DNA of 64,000 nt, from positions 216,628,001 to 216,692,000 of the forward strand of contig OZ024743.1 in NCBI GenBank assembly GCA_964016885.1, read 5' to 3'. The stretch is from Eledone cirrhosa. Its lineage: Eukaryota. The notes beneath the pieces were generated by a model. That model saw only the letters and a program-made list of their open reading frames with translations, was not told the DNA's origin and ran no database searches. This document shows, in pieces, positions 1 through 15,031 of the stretch (its first letter is position 1; each line of letters opens with the position of its first letter). The translations under genes and the position numbers were made by a program.

Positions 1-662
1 AGAGCCAACTCCAACGAAGAAAAATTCAAGTCACTCGACCAACAGATGGACACAGAAATCTCAAAGCACTCTGAAGGCCTACTCTACAAAAAAACCCTAA
101 AACTTTGGAAAGAAAACTGTGAGGATGAAGAACTAACATCCCTCCAGCGATGGGAAAAAAACGCTACCTGGTTCAACAACTACGAAATGGACTTCAAAAA
201 TGAACAACATACAGGTAACCCATTTTTAAAACAAACTAAAACTCACACACCACATGCACAACAAATAACAAAAAAAGTAACAAAACGTCCAACATACCCA
301 CAGCAAAACTATAACGATAATCCCAGAAACCAGGGACAAAACTATAACCCTACTAACAAAAAGCAAAGATCCCCGAACACAAGGTAGGACCTGATCCGCA
401 GATCACAACCCACACAAAACCTATTCCCAAACCGTAGACCCCTGCCCACACAGAGCCTGTTCCAAAACCGTAGATCCCAACCCACACAAAGGAACCAAAT
501 CTACAACCCGGACTATCAACAAACCGAACCTCAATACGTCCGAAACTCCTATACAAGACCACACAACAACAGAGGAAATACCATTAGATATAATAATACC
601 AATGAAAAAACATTCCAGAAAAATCATTTTTTAGACCAAGGCTACAGGACTCACGACACCCG

Positions 663-2925
663 GTGGCACAAACCGATTTTGAAAAACCGAAAATAATTAA
701 TATTTCAAATACAAACCTCTCAGCCCAACAAGTAAAAATTCTCTCCAAATGTCTGAAATTCACACCAACACCACAATACCCTAACCCCAACGAGATAAAT
801 GACGATGTCTCACACTTCTGTAGAAAATTACGTCTCACAGAGGAATTCTTTGACAAGGAGAATAACGACGAATCAATTGTACGGAATAAAAGCAGCTACA
901 ACCCAACAAAAGGTAGAAACAGAGTTCTGGACAAATTTTGTGACCACATAGCTACCTTCCCATACCATGAACTACCGCAACCTAAACCCAAACCCAACAC
1001 AAGTCGAATGGAATGGGAGATTATCCATGAACTAAAAAACAATACGGACATTGTAATTAAGGAAGCGGACAAGGGAGGTACTGTTGTCGTTATGGAGGCT
1101 GAAAAATATAAAAATTCTATGTTCTCTCTCTTACAAAATACTAATTACTATGAAAGAGTAAAAAACTACCAACAATCAAAAATAATGACCAAATTAAACA
1201 CACTGATTTATCGATACCAGGAAGACCTAACTAAAAAGGAACGCGATTATTTAACAAATTTTGAATACAAAACCAGCAACCTTTACGGACTTCCGAAGAT
1301 CCACAAATGTAAAATAATCAACGATGCCTGTAAACAATCCACCTCAGCCTGCGTGAACACACAATACCCCACAGACCTTAAATTAAGACCAATTGTAGCG
1401 GGCCCACAATGTGAAACACACAGATTGAGCAACTTTATAGACATACTACTGAAACCAATACTGAAACACATACCAAGCCTTGTAAGAGACGATCTGGACC
1501 TCTTAAACCACCTCCCCAAACATGTCAACAACGACACTATTATTGTGTCTTTCGATGTAGTGAATCTCTACACAACGATCCCACACCAATACGGACTAGA
1601 AGCAATATGATTCTGGCTAGAAAAATATCCCAATGAGATACCTGACAGAATAGAAAAAAGCTTCATCACCGAGGGATTAAAATTCATCCTACAGAACAAC
1701 TTTTTTGATTTCGATGGCAATACTTACAAGCAAATATCGGGGACTGCGATGGGTACAAAAGCCGCTCCAACTTATGCCAACTTAGTCATGGCATACTTAG
1801 AAGTCCAGATATATGAACAGTCCAAATCAAAATACGGATTGAACTTCCACAAATATTTATCAGAGAATTGGAAACGCTACTTGGATGATTGCCTCATTCT
1901 TTGGTCCCACACACTCGACCAACTGAAGGATTTCAAAAACTTAATAAACGGCATCAATAACCACATCCAATTCACAATGGAATACAGCCAAGATCAACTC
2001 CCATTTCTGGACATCTTAATCATAAAAAGACACAAATATCGAAACTGACATACACTACAAACCAACAGATTCCAAACAATATCTGCTATTCACCTCCAAC
2101 CATCCAAAGCACACGAAGACGAACATTCCTTTTAACCTAGCAAGAAGAATTTGCACAATTGTCTCCAATTATGAAACGCGAAATAAAAGACTTCAAGAAT
2201 TAAAGGAAATTCTACTCGAGAGAGAGTACCCACTATTACTAATAAATAATGGAATAGAAAGGGCTAAAGCAATAGGCATTGATGAATTACGGAAACAGAA
2301 ACAAATTCAAGGTACGTCCAATATTCTATCATATATCTCAACACACAACCCAAGAAATGCGGAAGCTTACAACACTATTATCAATAACATCCCACTACTA
2401 AAACAAAACCCAAGAATGAAAAAAGCCCTTGAAACACACAAAATAATCAAAACCAAAAGACAACCAAAATCACTGAAAACATTACTCACCAATGCCAAAT
2501 TACCTACCACAAACCCACAACCAAGTATCAAAAAATGTGGTCGCTCTAATTGTGGAACCTGCAGTCACCTCATTGAAGGCAACACGTATACATTTAAATC
2601 AGGACAAAATTTTACTGTAAAAAATCACTTCACTTGCTCATCAAAAAATCTACTTTATGCCATTAAATGTAAAGGATGCAATGAAGATTATATAGGACAA
2701 ACTAAACTCACACTCAGAAACAGAATGACAGTTCATCGCCAACAATTACGAGATCCAACCACGAGACAGATACCACTAAGTGCACATCTAGACATTTGCG
2801 CAAGTAATAAGACACCCAAATTCCAAGTCTTCCCATTTTACCTTTGCGCTAACAATACAACAGAACAAATGCGAATAAATAAGGAAAATATGTTTATTCA
2901 AAAATATAGACCAAACATTAAATAA
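663..2925 (+). pseudogene. Disrupted PLE polyprotein (reverse transcriptase + Cys linker + GIY-YIG endonuclease)
   Basis: Motifs EADKGG, LYGLPKIHK, LRPIVAG, SFDVVNLYTTIP, GTAMGTKAAPTYANL, WKRYLDD, YKPTDSKQYL, CGRSNCGTC, NLLYAIKC..C..YIGQT. One in-frame TGA (1608-1610) and one frameshift (~2030). Confidence 0.92.
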
Positions 2926-3410
2926 GGTTTAATATACATTATGTCAACACCACAATATGACATACACACACACATATAACACCTTCTACTTTAGAAAATA
3001 AAAACCCGAACTAAATAAACCTTAACATACGTTTGCATTGGCAATACAACAGCAAACACGAAAAAGTAAGGAAAATATGTTCATTCAAAAATATTCCTAC
3101 TAAAGGAATCACTTTCCTACACACACACATACACACACACACACAATATATATATATATTCTCTTCATCTTAACATGCTAACCATACTCCCACACACATA
3201 ACACCCATACACACACATAACAACCCCCACACCTACAACTCCCTCCCCATTTCTACTAATAGAACCACTTTCCTACACACATATATATATACACACACAC
3301 ACAAAATATATATTCTCTCCATCTTAACATACTCGCACACACACACATAAGACCCATATACACACACACACAACTCTCTCCCCCATCTCTACTAATAGAA
3401 TCATCTTCCA

Positions 3411-3412
<2 letters not shown>

Positions 3413-3484
<72 letters not shown>

Positions 3485-3490
3485 ACACAA
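3413..3490. repeat. (CA)n microsatellite
   Basis: Direct reading. Confidence 0.95.
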
Positions 3491-3993
3491 GCACACAAAT
3501 AAACATACATATCTTCACTTCAATAGAAAATCTGAACTCTGACACCCCGGCGAGCTGGCCATATTCACTGAACCAGAACAAATATCCCAATCCCTTTTCT
3601 CTTGACCTCTATCTCTCCATTGTCATAACATTCACTATAAAGACGACAGAATCGTTTTCCAAATAAGGGCGCAAAAATGTAATGAAAACTTGTTCACGTG
3701 ACAGCCAAATTTCATTTATAACCAACCAAAAAAAGCCTTTGTGAGCCTCCTTTTTTCAAGTAAAAAAAAATTCAAACACTCATATATGAAAAAACAACCT
3801 GTGACAACCCCCTCTCTTATTTGAAGAACTATTGTAACGCGAACTGGCGCGAAATTTATTATAATTATTGACAAATCAATCAAATTACTTCTCGAAAACC
3901 CTGGCATTTCGAGCCACTTTTTCCATATAAAACAAGTAACATTCAGAGACCAACCAGATGTGAGAAAAACCACAGACCCTCCATCTCAACTCA

Positions 3994-4031
3994 CCTTTTG
4001 AAAAGCAGAAGAACTGCGAAACCGGTAAAGG
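3994..4031 (+). ncRNA. Minimal type I hammerhead ribozyme, U3-A8 core variant
   Basis: CCTT-TTGAAAA-GCAG(AAGAA)CTGC-GAAA-CCGG-TA-AAGG: stem I CCTT/AAGG, stem II 4 bp, palindromic loop III, GUA site. Confidence 0.75.
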
Positions 4032-4101
4032 AACCAAATAAATATATATATTTTTAAAAAAAAATAAGACTCCCTTTGCATTTTCGATTTCATCTCTTTT
4101 T

Positions 4102-4104
<3 letters not shown>

Positions 4105-4150
<46 letters not shown>

Positions 4151-4153
4151 CTT

Positions 4154-4184
<31 letters not shown>

Positions 4185-4191
4185 CATACTT

Positions 4192-4229
<38 letters not shown>

Positions 4230-4231
4230 TT

Positions 4232-4262
<31 letters not shown>

Positions 4263-4422
4263 CTTTATATATTATATATATATATAATATATATATATAC
4301 TTTATATATTATATATATATATATACTTTATATATTATATATATATATACTTTATATATTATATATATATATACTTTATATATATATATACTTTATATAT
4401 TTTATATATATATATATATATA
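4105..4422. repeat. Compound (TA)n microsatellite with recurring CTTTATATATT interruptions
   Basis: Direct reading. Confidence 0.95.
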
Positions 4423-7400
4423 TGAGAAAGTATGACCCCGATGGCAGAGCTCAAGCCGTTTCGACGGCTAATTCTGGACTAAAGTAAGAGTCTTTTTAGT
4501 CTGGTAAAAAAATAGCCGAACCTTTCAAGAGGTACTTGCTTATATGGGAAGATTGTCGTTGTCAAGAGGATTGGTAAAATGTGTAGCAGACACAGAAAAG
4601 TCTATCATGGCAGTGGGTGCGGAGTGGGGATGGCTGAACCCTACCTGTAGAACGATATGGGAGTGGGTAGAGCCGGTCAAGCGTAGAAGGTGAAATCTAC
4701 ACGGCAAATTCTCCGGAATGTGTATGCAACTAGGCCAGTGGAGGTTGGCGAAAAAAAGTTTTTTCAGAAAGTTGAGGAGGGACGTTATAGAAATAGTAAA
4801 TCAAATGCGATTAGGGGACAATGAAAAAAATATAATAATAAATGAGAGAAAGATGTATCAGAATGTAAGATTGGATAGTGAGAAGTGAAATAAATCTAAG
4901 GAGTATAACACAGCTGATATACTTAGTTGGTGCTGCTATTTCGGCCAAAGCTATATAATGAGTTGCTACATGAGGGCGCCGTCCCTATAACTTATGCTCG
5001 GAGGAAACATTACAAATGTTGTTTACGAAAGATCAACTCCTAAACAAGAAAGACCAACTGCTAACTGCATGCAAACACAGATTGCGGAAGACTTACCTAA
5101 TCTCCTGCCATCACGTAAATTTATACATCGGTGGCCGGTCGGGGGACTGCATTGTATCAGATCCCAGTTGCTAATCACTTTACTGTGTTGGCCGTCACGA
5201 GCAATCATAGCCGGCACTGACTGTAGTCGAATTCTGTCGATCGATTGGTTATTGATTAGGCGAAACCCGCTGATGAAGCCACATGCGCCGATTATGCATT
5301 GTTGCAAAATATATGTGTACAGAGGGTGCAGTGCACCATACTGCTGCATTAAGTGTCGCAGAAGCTCGAGTTTTGGAACTACTATAGATACACGTTTACG
5401 TGTGTTGTATTGAAGCGAATAACTATGTATATACTCTGGGAGTGTATTTTACTTTACATATTGAGTAAGCTGAGATGCAACCGGTCTTAGCATTGATACC
5501 TATGCTGAGTCCGTCAACATATTATTATTGTCACCCAACTAGAAGATTAATGAGAGTAACTTAAACAATTTTTCACATTTTTTTATTGTTTTGTTTTGAT
5601 ATACGTTCTAATTCCTGCTATGATTTGTCTCTCTCACTCACATATTGAATCATATATGTTGTGAAATGGACAGGTTTACGCACGTGGCTGGTGGCGAACC
5701 AGTGCGCTACTCTATATCTATATCGCTGTTGGCAGTTAATGTCCGGATAAAGTTTTAGACATAATCACTGTTACTATCGCGATTTTCGCGCCATGGGACT
5801 TGGAGACTAGAGCCGAATGCAACCATTCTATTATTCAGCGATGTGAGACTGCTTTTTCTAAGAACTAATTTTTCACTAACTTATTAAATTGTGTTTGAGA
5901 CACGTTGGCTGAGAATTTATGATGGGAGCGGAACTATTTGATTTCTAATCTCCTGCCATCATGTAAATATATAAATCAGTGGCCGGTGAGGGGACAGCAT
6001 TGTATCAGATCCCAGTTGCTAATCACTTTTCTGATTTTCTATTTAAAAGATTTTGCTTAGAATAGATTATAGTGCGAGTCACTGAAAGACAGAGGTTACA
6101 AAATCTACTCGGTGGGTTATAGAGACTCGGACTATAATCTCTTCTAAGCTAAACTTTTAAATAGAAAATCAGAAATGTTTTTCCACGTGTCAACACTACC
6201 ACCCACACTATTTCCACAATTTTAAACCTAATATAACAATATCAGATCTGAATTCCTCACCACCGTTAACACTTTACCTCGAGATTTTATCAACATAAAA
6301 TACCCCCACAACATCACATTTTTGTATCAGCTCATTCCTTCATTTATCTCCTATTTATCTCAGATCCTATACTCAATAATAACTATAGAGAATAAAAATA
6401 CATTTACCACCACTTAATATAACTATATCTTCCTCACTAATATTTCATTCGTTTAATTATTATATAGGTAGGTAGTGCACAATTGAGACCTTTAAATATT
6501 ATATAATAAACAGATTATATATAAAATAATATAAAAATAAATTGCATTATATAAGGATCCACTTATAATATAATATAATGTTTATTACCATATATAATTT
6601 AATTATTAGGGTATATAAACAACTAACACCAGATGATATATGTTTCTGTTATACATAAATACATCTTCAATTACCTCCCCTTTCCCATTAGCTCCCTTTA
6701 GTGAAGATCTGCAATTACTTCTTAGAATTTAAATCGTTACACATAAACACACAAACTCGAAAAATTAATATCTGACTAAAAAGCGACCGCTCCAGAACAG
6801 CTCTAAACTTTAATCATATTGTAATCCATAATTGTATCTATTTAAATAATATTTTAAAACATTTCTTAAATATAACCAATGAAATGGAAAAAGAAACCTC
6901 AATATCTATACACACAACACATATACGTTTAAACATTACCAGAACTTTTATCACATTACATCCACCATAAACTCACAGAGAAACTGTTTTAAATATAATC
7001 ATCTCGCTACATATACATATTTTAATACTACACAACAACTTTACTTATGCTTAGATTATTCACTTAATTATTTATCTGATCCACTCTCAACGCATTCACC
7101 AACGAAACTTTGTATGTGTATACAAGTTGCTTCAAAATGTTCACCTTATTTCCTACCCATGATGCATTCCTGACTGCTTAATATCCTATTACACATATAT
7201 TTTGTGATATATTTGCCATGTTATGCTATATATGCCTAATACCTTTGCTTTCTTTACCATATTATTATGTATAGGCGTAAAACCTCTGCATTATGACTGT
7301 GTATGTTCCTATGCACCACTAATGTCCTCCTTTGCGAGTAACTTTCTTTTATAATACTTTTATAATATTTATTATACCCATTGCTACTGACAACAACATC

Positions 7401-7503
7401 TTCACTATTTTGAATATGACACTATTGATAGCAACAATAATGTCAACATATTTTTATGATTGATCTGTAGAATAGGAATTTAATTATGATTAAGCTTCGC
7501 CAA

Positions 7504-7550
7504 TGCTCCGATGATTCCAAACGGCTGTTTGAAAGAAACGATTGACAGCA
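7504..7550 (+). ncRNA. Degenerate HHR (CCGATGA family) at the 3' end of a decayed PLE UTR
   Basis: TGCT-CCGATGA-TTCCAAAC(GGCT)GTTTGAAA-GAAA-CGATTG-AC-AGCA; cleavage triplet reads GAC, so probably inactive. Confidence 0.55.
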
Positions 7551-7734
7551 ATAAAATGTATTAAAAACAGTTTGAATTGTTCTGTACTTTATACTCCTGC
7601 TCTGTAAGACATGTGATGCATTTACATTGAGCTATTTTTCATACTGGTAATCAGGTGGTGAAAAATGAAAAATACTGAACTATCCTGTTTATAATTAAAT
7701 ATAGTTTATATATAATTATAAATAATATTATTAT

Positions 7735-7847
7735 AAATCCTGCCGAGGTTAACTTTGTCTTTCATCCGTACGGGGTCGATAAAATGAAGTACCGGTAATA
7801 CACTGGGTAATTGCTGGCCTTGTGCTAAAAGTAAAAACAATTATTAT
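7735..7847 (+). mobile_element. 5'-truncated tRNA-derived SINE
   Basis: Matches the 3' half of the full-length copies at 21360-21547 and 45359-45546. Confidence 0.85.
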
Positions 7848-8905
<1,058 letters not shown>

Positions 8906-9828
8906 AAATGAAATAACAGGAGGCTGGACTGGTGTATATCCTTGAAAGGTTTATTATAATATGATCATTTAAATGACCGTGTTCCACATGAATCCGGTGA
9001 TATCATCAGGTATTGGAATATAACAAAGGAATATGTAAAAAGCCATGGGTCCGAAAAATCAAAGACAGAGGGGACGGCTGACCGACTAGCCTCTCAGCCA
9101 GCCGCCCTCAAAGTGTTTGCAACTGAAAACTACCAAGGAATATCTGGTGAGGGGGCGAAGGCTTACAATGCCCTACCACCACTCCGTCAAAGAAGAGGGG
9201 GAAGAAAGAAAGAAAGGGAGAAAGAAGTGTAGTGTAAGGGTCAATCTACATTCATGTTAGAAAATGCCGCGAAAAAATGCTACCCAAACAATCTATAATT
9301 GGTGTCTGTATGGTCTAATGTGTGAACCGAAGATTGGAACGTTAAACTTATGTTGCGAGTTATAGGATGAAATTAAATTAAATTAAAAATATTAAATTGC
9401 AAAATGGTAAATTGAAAAATAGAAGTAGCGAAATTTATTTATTTAATGAAATTACGGAGTGAGTCTAATATGAACAAATCTTTTAGATATTAGGATGGGA
9501 TATAGAGTAAAGATTTCGATTGGGAGTCCCAGCCAGCACACACACCACCATCAGTCAGCCTGTCTCGAGTTGTATCGTCCAGCGAAAAAAGTGGAAATTA
9601 ATTTTTCCGAGTTGCCAACACTTTGAGAGCGGCTGGCTGAGAAGCTAGTCAGTCAGCCGTCCCCTCTGTCTCTGATTTTTTGGACCCATGGCTTTTTACA
9701 TATTCCTTTGTTATATTCCAATACCTGATGATATCACCGGATTCATATGGAACCTGGTCATTGAAATGATCATAGTATAATAAAACTTTCAAGGATATAC
9801 ACCAGTCCAGCCTCCTATTATTTCATTT
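8906..9828. mobile_element. Non-coding PLE-type element with ~220-bp inverted terminal arms (8906-9123 / 9611-9828)
   Basis: The arms are reverse complements with scattered mismatches; each carries an HHR motif pointing outward. Confidence 0.8.
9721..9778 (+). ncRNA. Type I HHR with intact core
   Basis: ATAC-CTGATGA-[ACCGG/CTGGT stem II]-GAAA-TGATCA-TA-GTAT; palindromic loop III, AUA site. The opposite-arm copy (~8956-9013, minus) has GAAA>TAAA. Confidence 0.75.
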
Positions 9829-10022
9829 GTAATTAACTCCGTATTTGCAGCACCAACTACACAAACGAAGATGGGTGAACTGCATTGCGTTGAGTACTTT
9901 TCACAATATTACACCGAGATTGACCATACGGAATGACCAGTCCTATCTAGTGGTGAACCAACAAACCAAAAGACATATATATAGAATTCACAAGAATCAA
10001 AGCTATGTTCAAAGCATTTATT

Positions 10023-10069
10023 CACTTACAATTGTTTCATCCAAACCTAGGCTTGCGGTCTTCGGAGCA
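10023..10069 (-). ncRNA. Type I HHR, CCGAAGA (C4) core
   Basis: Minus: TGCT-CCGAAGA-CCGCAAGC(CTAG)GTTTGGAT-GAAA-CAATTG-TA-AGTG. Confidence 0.65.
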
Positions 10070-11109
10070 TTTTTCAATGTTTGTACACATAATTGACCTC
10101 CTTTCCAACGCAAAAGACATACAGATACATATATATATATTGATGTACAGTGGAGCGACATATATTATACTATATTATTTCTGTATAGCAATTCAAATTT
10201 AAAATCAAAATCGAAATTAATATTAAAACAAAATTAAAACAAAATTAAAATACATTCGGCAGTTAACACAGATAATGCAAGAGGATAGTTTGTTAGTCAG
10301 ATGTAGTAGTTAGTGTATGCGTTAGTTACACGTGGGGCATGCAAGTGTATCACATTTATATATGATTATTGTGTGGCAGGGTGTTACATGTAATATAAGT
10401 ACTTTAAGCGGGTAAGTAAGAGTATTATGGTGGTTGTAGTGGTAAGGTATTTTTTGTGCATAATAAAAAAGTATGTGTGCAGAAAAATAAAAATGAAAAG
10501 GATAAGCAAAAGAAAGTTATGGTTTTCGTATCCACCACCATTTTCACATTCACATAGTTTTTACATCCATCACATAAGTAACCATGATTCCGTATTGGAT
10601 GTTTGATGCATTAAATTAAATTATTTTAGCTTATTGCGGCTCAGTGTTATTTCATCCAAATTTATAGAATAGGTTGACTCTCCTGCGAGAATTTACAGCG
10701 GTTTATTATCCGGAAGTATGTGTGTAATTAAGGGGAGTTAATGCGTAATGGGATGTAACTAGCTGATTTCCATAACTAAATTCATTGTTCTAACATACAT
10801 TATAAGGCGCCTCAATTGAGTCCCTTATATAGACGGTTATATATTTATATCCAGTTTTCAATTTTAAATACAGTCTACTCTATCATGATGTACTAAAGGT
10901 ATCTATATTAGGATGATTACTCCCTATCATACAGTGCTACAACTGAATACTCCATATAAGGAACCATATCTTTATATCAAAGTTCACTGCAAATGTAGTC
11001 TATTCTCAGAACATGTCAGGGGACCTATTAGAATTATGTCTACATAACCACTGGTAAGTTCTGACGTGTTGTGAGGGTGGGCGTCTAAATGTTTTAAAGC
11101 CGAAGGAGT

Positions 11110-12140
11110 CGATATATACACCATTCCATAAACCTAACGAAAAGCTGATTTACGTAGATACCAAGTCTAACCACCCTAGATCACTATTAAACTCTATCTC
11201 TAAGGGAATATCCAATAGAATCTCTAATCTATCTCATGACGAAACATATTTATCAAAAACTCACAATATTATAATCAGGCATTAGCTAGATCAGGCCATA
11301 ATAATGAGATTGAGTTCCTACCTGCAAAAACACAGTTACAACATTATTTTGCGCAATATGTCCATGAGGAAAATTAGTAATAAGAATAATAACCACACAC
11401 ACACTAGTACGAATGGTGGCAACAAAGGTAACCCACACCAGGGAGGTCACCAAAATTCCATAAACGGAAGCATCACACCAGACATAAAAAACAAAAATAG
11501 AAGAAAAAATAATACATGTTTCAATCCCCCTTTCAATCTAAACGTCTCTACCAACCTACCTAAGGCTTTCTTCTCATTCCTGGATAAAAAACTTCCCATC
11601 TGGCCACACGTATCATAGTCTTATAAACAAAAACACCATTAACATCTCCTACTCTACCACGCCTAATATAGCATACCACATAGCTAGTAGCAATAAAAGA
11701 ACAATTAATACTTACTTCCAACAAACTAAAACACGGCAATGGGTAAACCTTCAAAACAACGTTATATCTGCAAACCCTGATATCAATAGTAATAATAGTA
11801 ATAGCGCTAGTGAAATCAATAACGCTGGGAGCGACAACCCCCATAGCCATAATGCAATACCTAGCAACCAGACTTCTACACAACATAATAACCGGCAGGT
11901 TAACATCCAAAATAATTGTAACTGTAGATCTAATAGAACCTGCCCTTTAGAGAAAAACTGCATAATCAAGGACAACATATACTCATGCACCGTCATAACT
12001 AGCAACTCTTCTGAAACCTATATAGGCTCTACTTCGAACTGCTTCAAAACCCTATACAATTCACACCTCCATTCTTTAAAAAAACACAGGCTAGCCAACT
12101 CCACTTCACTATCTAGCTACATTCACCACCTAATAAATTA
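11110..12140 (+). pseudogene. Naiad-like PLE C-terminal half (thumb, Cys linker, GIY-YIG), decayed
   Basis: YTPFHKPNEKLIYVDTKSNHP, FNPPFNLNVSTN, NCNCRSNRTCPLEKNC, IYSCTV, YIGSTSNCFK, TSLSSYI; several frameshifts and stops. Confidence 0.85.
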
Positions 12141-13753
12141 TGTAACCTCTGTCTACTAGAGACCCATACTATAATCTTCTCAAACCATAACTTCCTTAAT
12201 AAAAAATCGAAAGTGTTTGTGTCGTGCCAGCACCGCTTCCGGCACTCCTTCCAAAACTTTAAACCCAATATATAACAATGTCAGACTTGAACCCATCACC
12301 ACTTCTAACACCACACCTCAAGGGCACACCTTACACGACAACTCCACACACTCTGATCCACCCTATCTCGACACAAATCATTCCATCTCTCTATAACTTT
12401 ATACCCTAGAAATATCCCCATAAACACCTACTTTTAATATAATTACTTTCAATTATTATAATTATATAGTGATACAATACAGTCTATATAAGCTTTAAAT
12501 ACCAGATTCGACAATGAATTATATATGCAATTGTATTTATATGTATGGATTGATAACATTAGATATATATAAGATTAATTTATTAACATAAGAGATCTGT
12601 CTAACTTATATGTTAAGTGCAATGAATTATGTATGAATATTATGTGAGTTATATATGGAATTATAACTTGATGGATAGATTAATGACAATGTAAATAAGG
12701 GATGTATTTGTCTGCCCTAGACATGTATTTGGCTTTGCCATGCAAACAGCCATACGCTGTTCCAGAACTCACTAGGGTTTATGTAGACATAATTCTAATA
12801 GGTCCCCTGACATGTTCTGAGAGTAGACTACATTTGCAGTGCACTTTGATATAAAGATATGGTTCCTTGTATGGAGTATTCAGTTGTAGCACTGTATGAT
12901 AGGGAGTACTCATCCTAATATAGATACCTTTAGTACATCATGATAGAGTAGACTGTATTTAAAATTGAAAACTGGATATAAATATATAACCGTCTATATA
13001 AGGGACTCAATCGAGGCGCCTTATAATGTATGTTAGAACAATGAATTTAGTTATGGAAATCAGCTAGTTACCTCCCCTTAATTACACACATACTTCCGGA
13101 CAATAAACCGCTGTAAATTCTCGCAGCAGAATCAACCTATTCTATAAATTTGGATGAAATAACACTGAGACGCAATAAGCTAAAATAATTTAATTTAATG
13201 CACCAAACATCCAATACGGAATCATCGTTACTTATGTAATGGATGTAAAAACTATGTATTACTTTTCCTGAATGTGAAAATGGTGGTGGATACGAAAACC
13301 ATAACTTTCTTTTGCTTATCCTTTTCATTTTTATTTTTCTGCACATACTTTTATATTATATACAAAAAATACCTTACCACTACAACCACCATAATACTCT
13401 TACTTACCCGCTTAAAGTTCTTATATTACATGTAACACCCTGCCACACAATAATCATATATAAATGAGACACACTTGCATGCCGCACGTGTAACTAACGC
13501 ATACACTAACTACTACATCAGACTAACAAACTATCCTCTTGCATTATCTGTGTTAACTGCCGAATGTATTTCAATTTTGTTTTAATTTTGTTTTAATTTT
13601 AATTTCGATTTTGATTTTGAATTTGAATTGCTATACAGAAATAATATAGTATAATATATGTCTCTCCACTGTACATCAATATATATATATATATGTATCT
13701 GTATGTCTCTTGCGTTGGAAAGGAGGTCAATTATGTGTACAAACATTGAAAAA

Positions 13754-13799
13754 TGCTCCGAACAAACAAGCCTAAGTTTGGATGAAACAATTGTAAGTG
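13754..13799 (+). ncRNA. HHR copy with damaged core (CCGAACA)
   Basis: Partner of 10023-10069 in the opposite arm; retains GAAA-CAATTG-TA-AGTG. Confidence 0.55.
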
Positions 13800-13995
13800 A
13801 ATAAATGCTTTGAACATAACTTTGATTCTTGTGATTTCTATATAACTGCTCTGTAGAACAACTGATGTTATTACATTGATCTATTTATCTTACTGCTAAT
13901 AAGGTAGTGATAAGTTACTGACCTTCACTGTTTCGGGTTTAAAATATACATAACTATAAATTGTTTTAGTATATACATAACCATAAATAGTATCC

Positions 13996-14030
<35 letters not shown>

Positions 14031-14403
14031 CCCTTTCTTGCATATTTTACTGGTGGTATTTGGTTGTCGTGTTTCAGCTCTACTGATGAACGATTCCAAC
14101 CGTGCCTAACCTCACTGAAAAGTTTCGTAAAATAGTATTTTTAAGAATATATAGAGCAAATGTAGTTTTTCCAAATTGTAGGATAAGTATTCAACCTTAA
14201 TTTTATTCTGAGTTAAGACCCTATTGGTTTTTTCCCTGGATTTCACAAAATCTGTGGATAAAATGTCTGTCTTGACTCTTTCTGAATTGAGTTTTAATTA
14301 TTTTCCCATATCTTACGTTAAATATTTTCCATATTGACGTTATAATCACCTATATATTATGAAATACTGTTGGCTTCTTGCTCACATTAATTTCTCTATT
14401 TTC

Positions 14404-14434
<31 letters not shown>

Positions 14435-14438
<4 letters not shown>

Positions 14439-14476
14439 AATAAGACGGGTGAGTAAGTCAGGCCAGTAGTCCGCAG

Positions 14477-14515
<39 letters not shown>

Positions 14516-14920
14516 CTTATGCTCATTCCTTAACTCAGTCACATAGAGAAACAAATACCCGCCTAAACTCACCCAAACAGTCAAACACTCATACATAAGA
14601 ACCACACATATACACATACACTCATATTTAAACGTACATAAACAATCCACATGCACACACGTTATGATTCATCATCTCGCCAAAAATCTCGACCTGCGAA
14701 CTACTGGCCAGACCTACTCACCCATCGTATATAATCATTTTATTTACCCAGCTTTCTTGACTCTTATTTCCCACCTTCACGTATCCTGATGAAGGACATA
14801 TGTCCGATAAGGTAAGACAGTTATTTCTTTTCCTTGTTTTTCTTTACCTTCATTCTCAAGAGTAAACCTGATAATAATTTGTGCTTCTGCATGCCTGGGT
14901 TTGTCTTGTTTATTCATGAA
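14435..14920 (+). mobile_element. Solo PLE pseudo-LTR with short inverted 5' arm and degenerate HHR
   Basis: 14440-14476 is an imperfect inverted copy of 14694-14730. At 14786-14820: CTGATGA-AGGAC(ATAT)GTCC-GATA-AGG-TA-AGACAG. Flanked by (TA)n. Confidence 0.55.
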
Positions 14921-15031
14921 ATATATATATATATATAAGCAATGCGTGTGTGTGTTTGTATGTGCATATATATATATATATGTATATATATAGAAATTAC
15001 ATGAATAAAAGTTTAGTTTAAATCATTTATT

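Larger units (their letters stand above)
1..4100 (+). mobile_element. Penelope-like retroelement, Neptune-like, near full length, 3' end running into (TA)n
   Basis: RT-GIY-YIG coding region 663-2925, then a 3' UTR with (CA)n tracts and an HHR at 3994-4031, then (TA)n from ~4105. The 5' boundary may lie outside the window. Confidence 0.85.
9981..13843 (+). mobile_element. 5'-truncated Naiad-like PLE with ~1.07-kb inverted pseudo-LTRs (9981-11064 / 12762-13843)
   Basis: The arms are clear reverse complements and enclose a decayed RT-thumb/GIY-YIG region; HHR near each outer end. Confidence 0.85.

Noticed and set aside
1608-1610. In-frame TGA in the Neptune-like RT as selenocysteine
   Set aside because: Not at a Cys position (AI*FWL); more simply an Arg codon mutated to stop in a copy that also has a frameshift.
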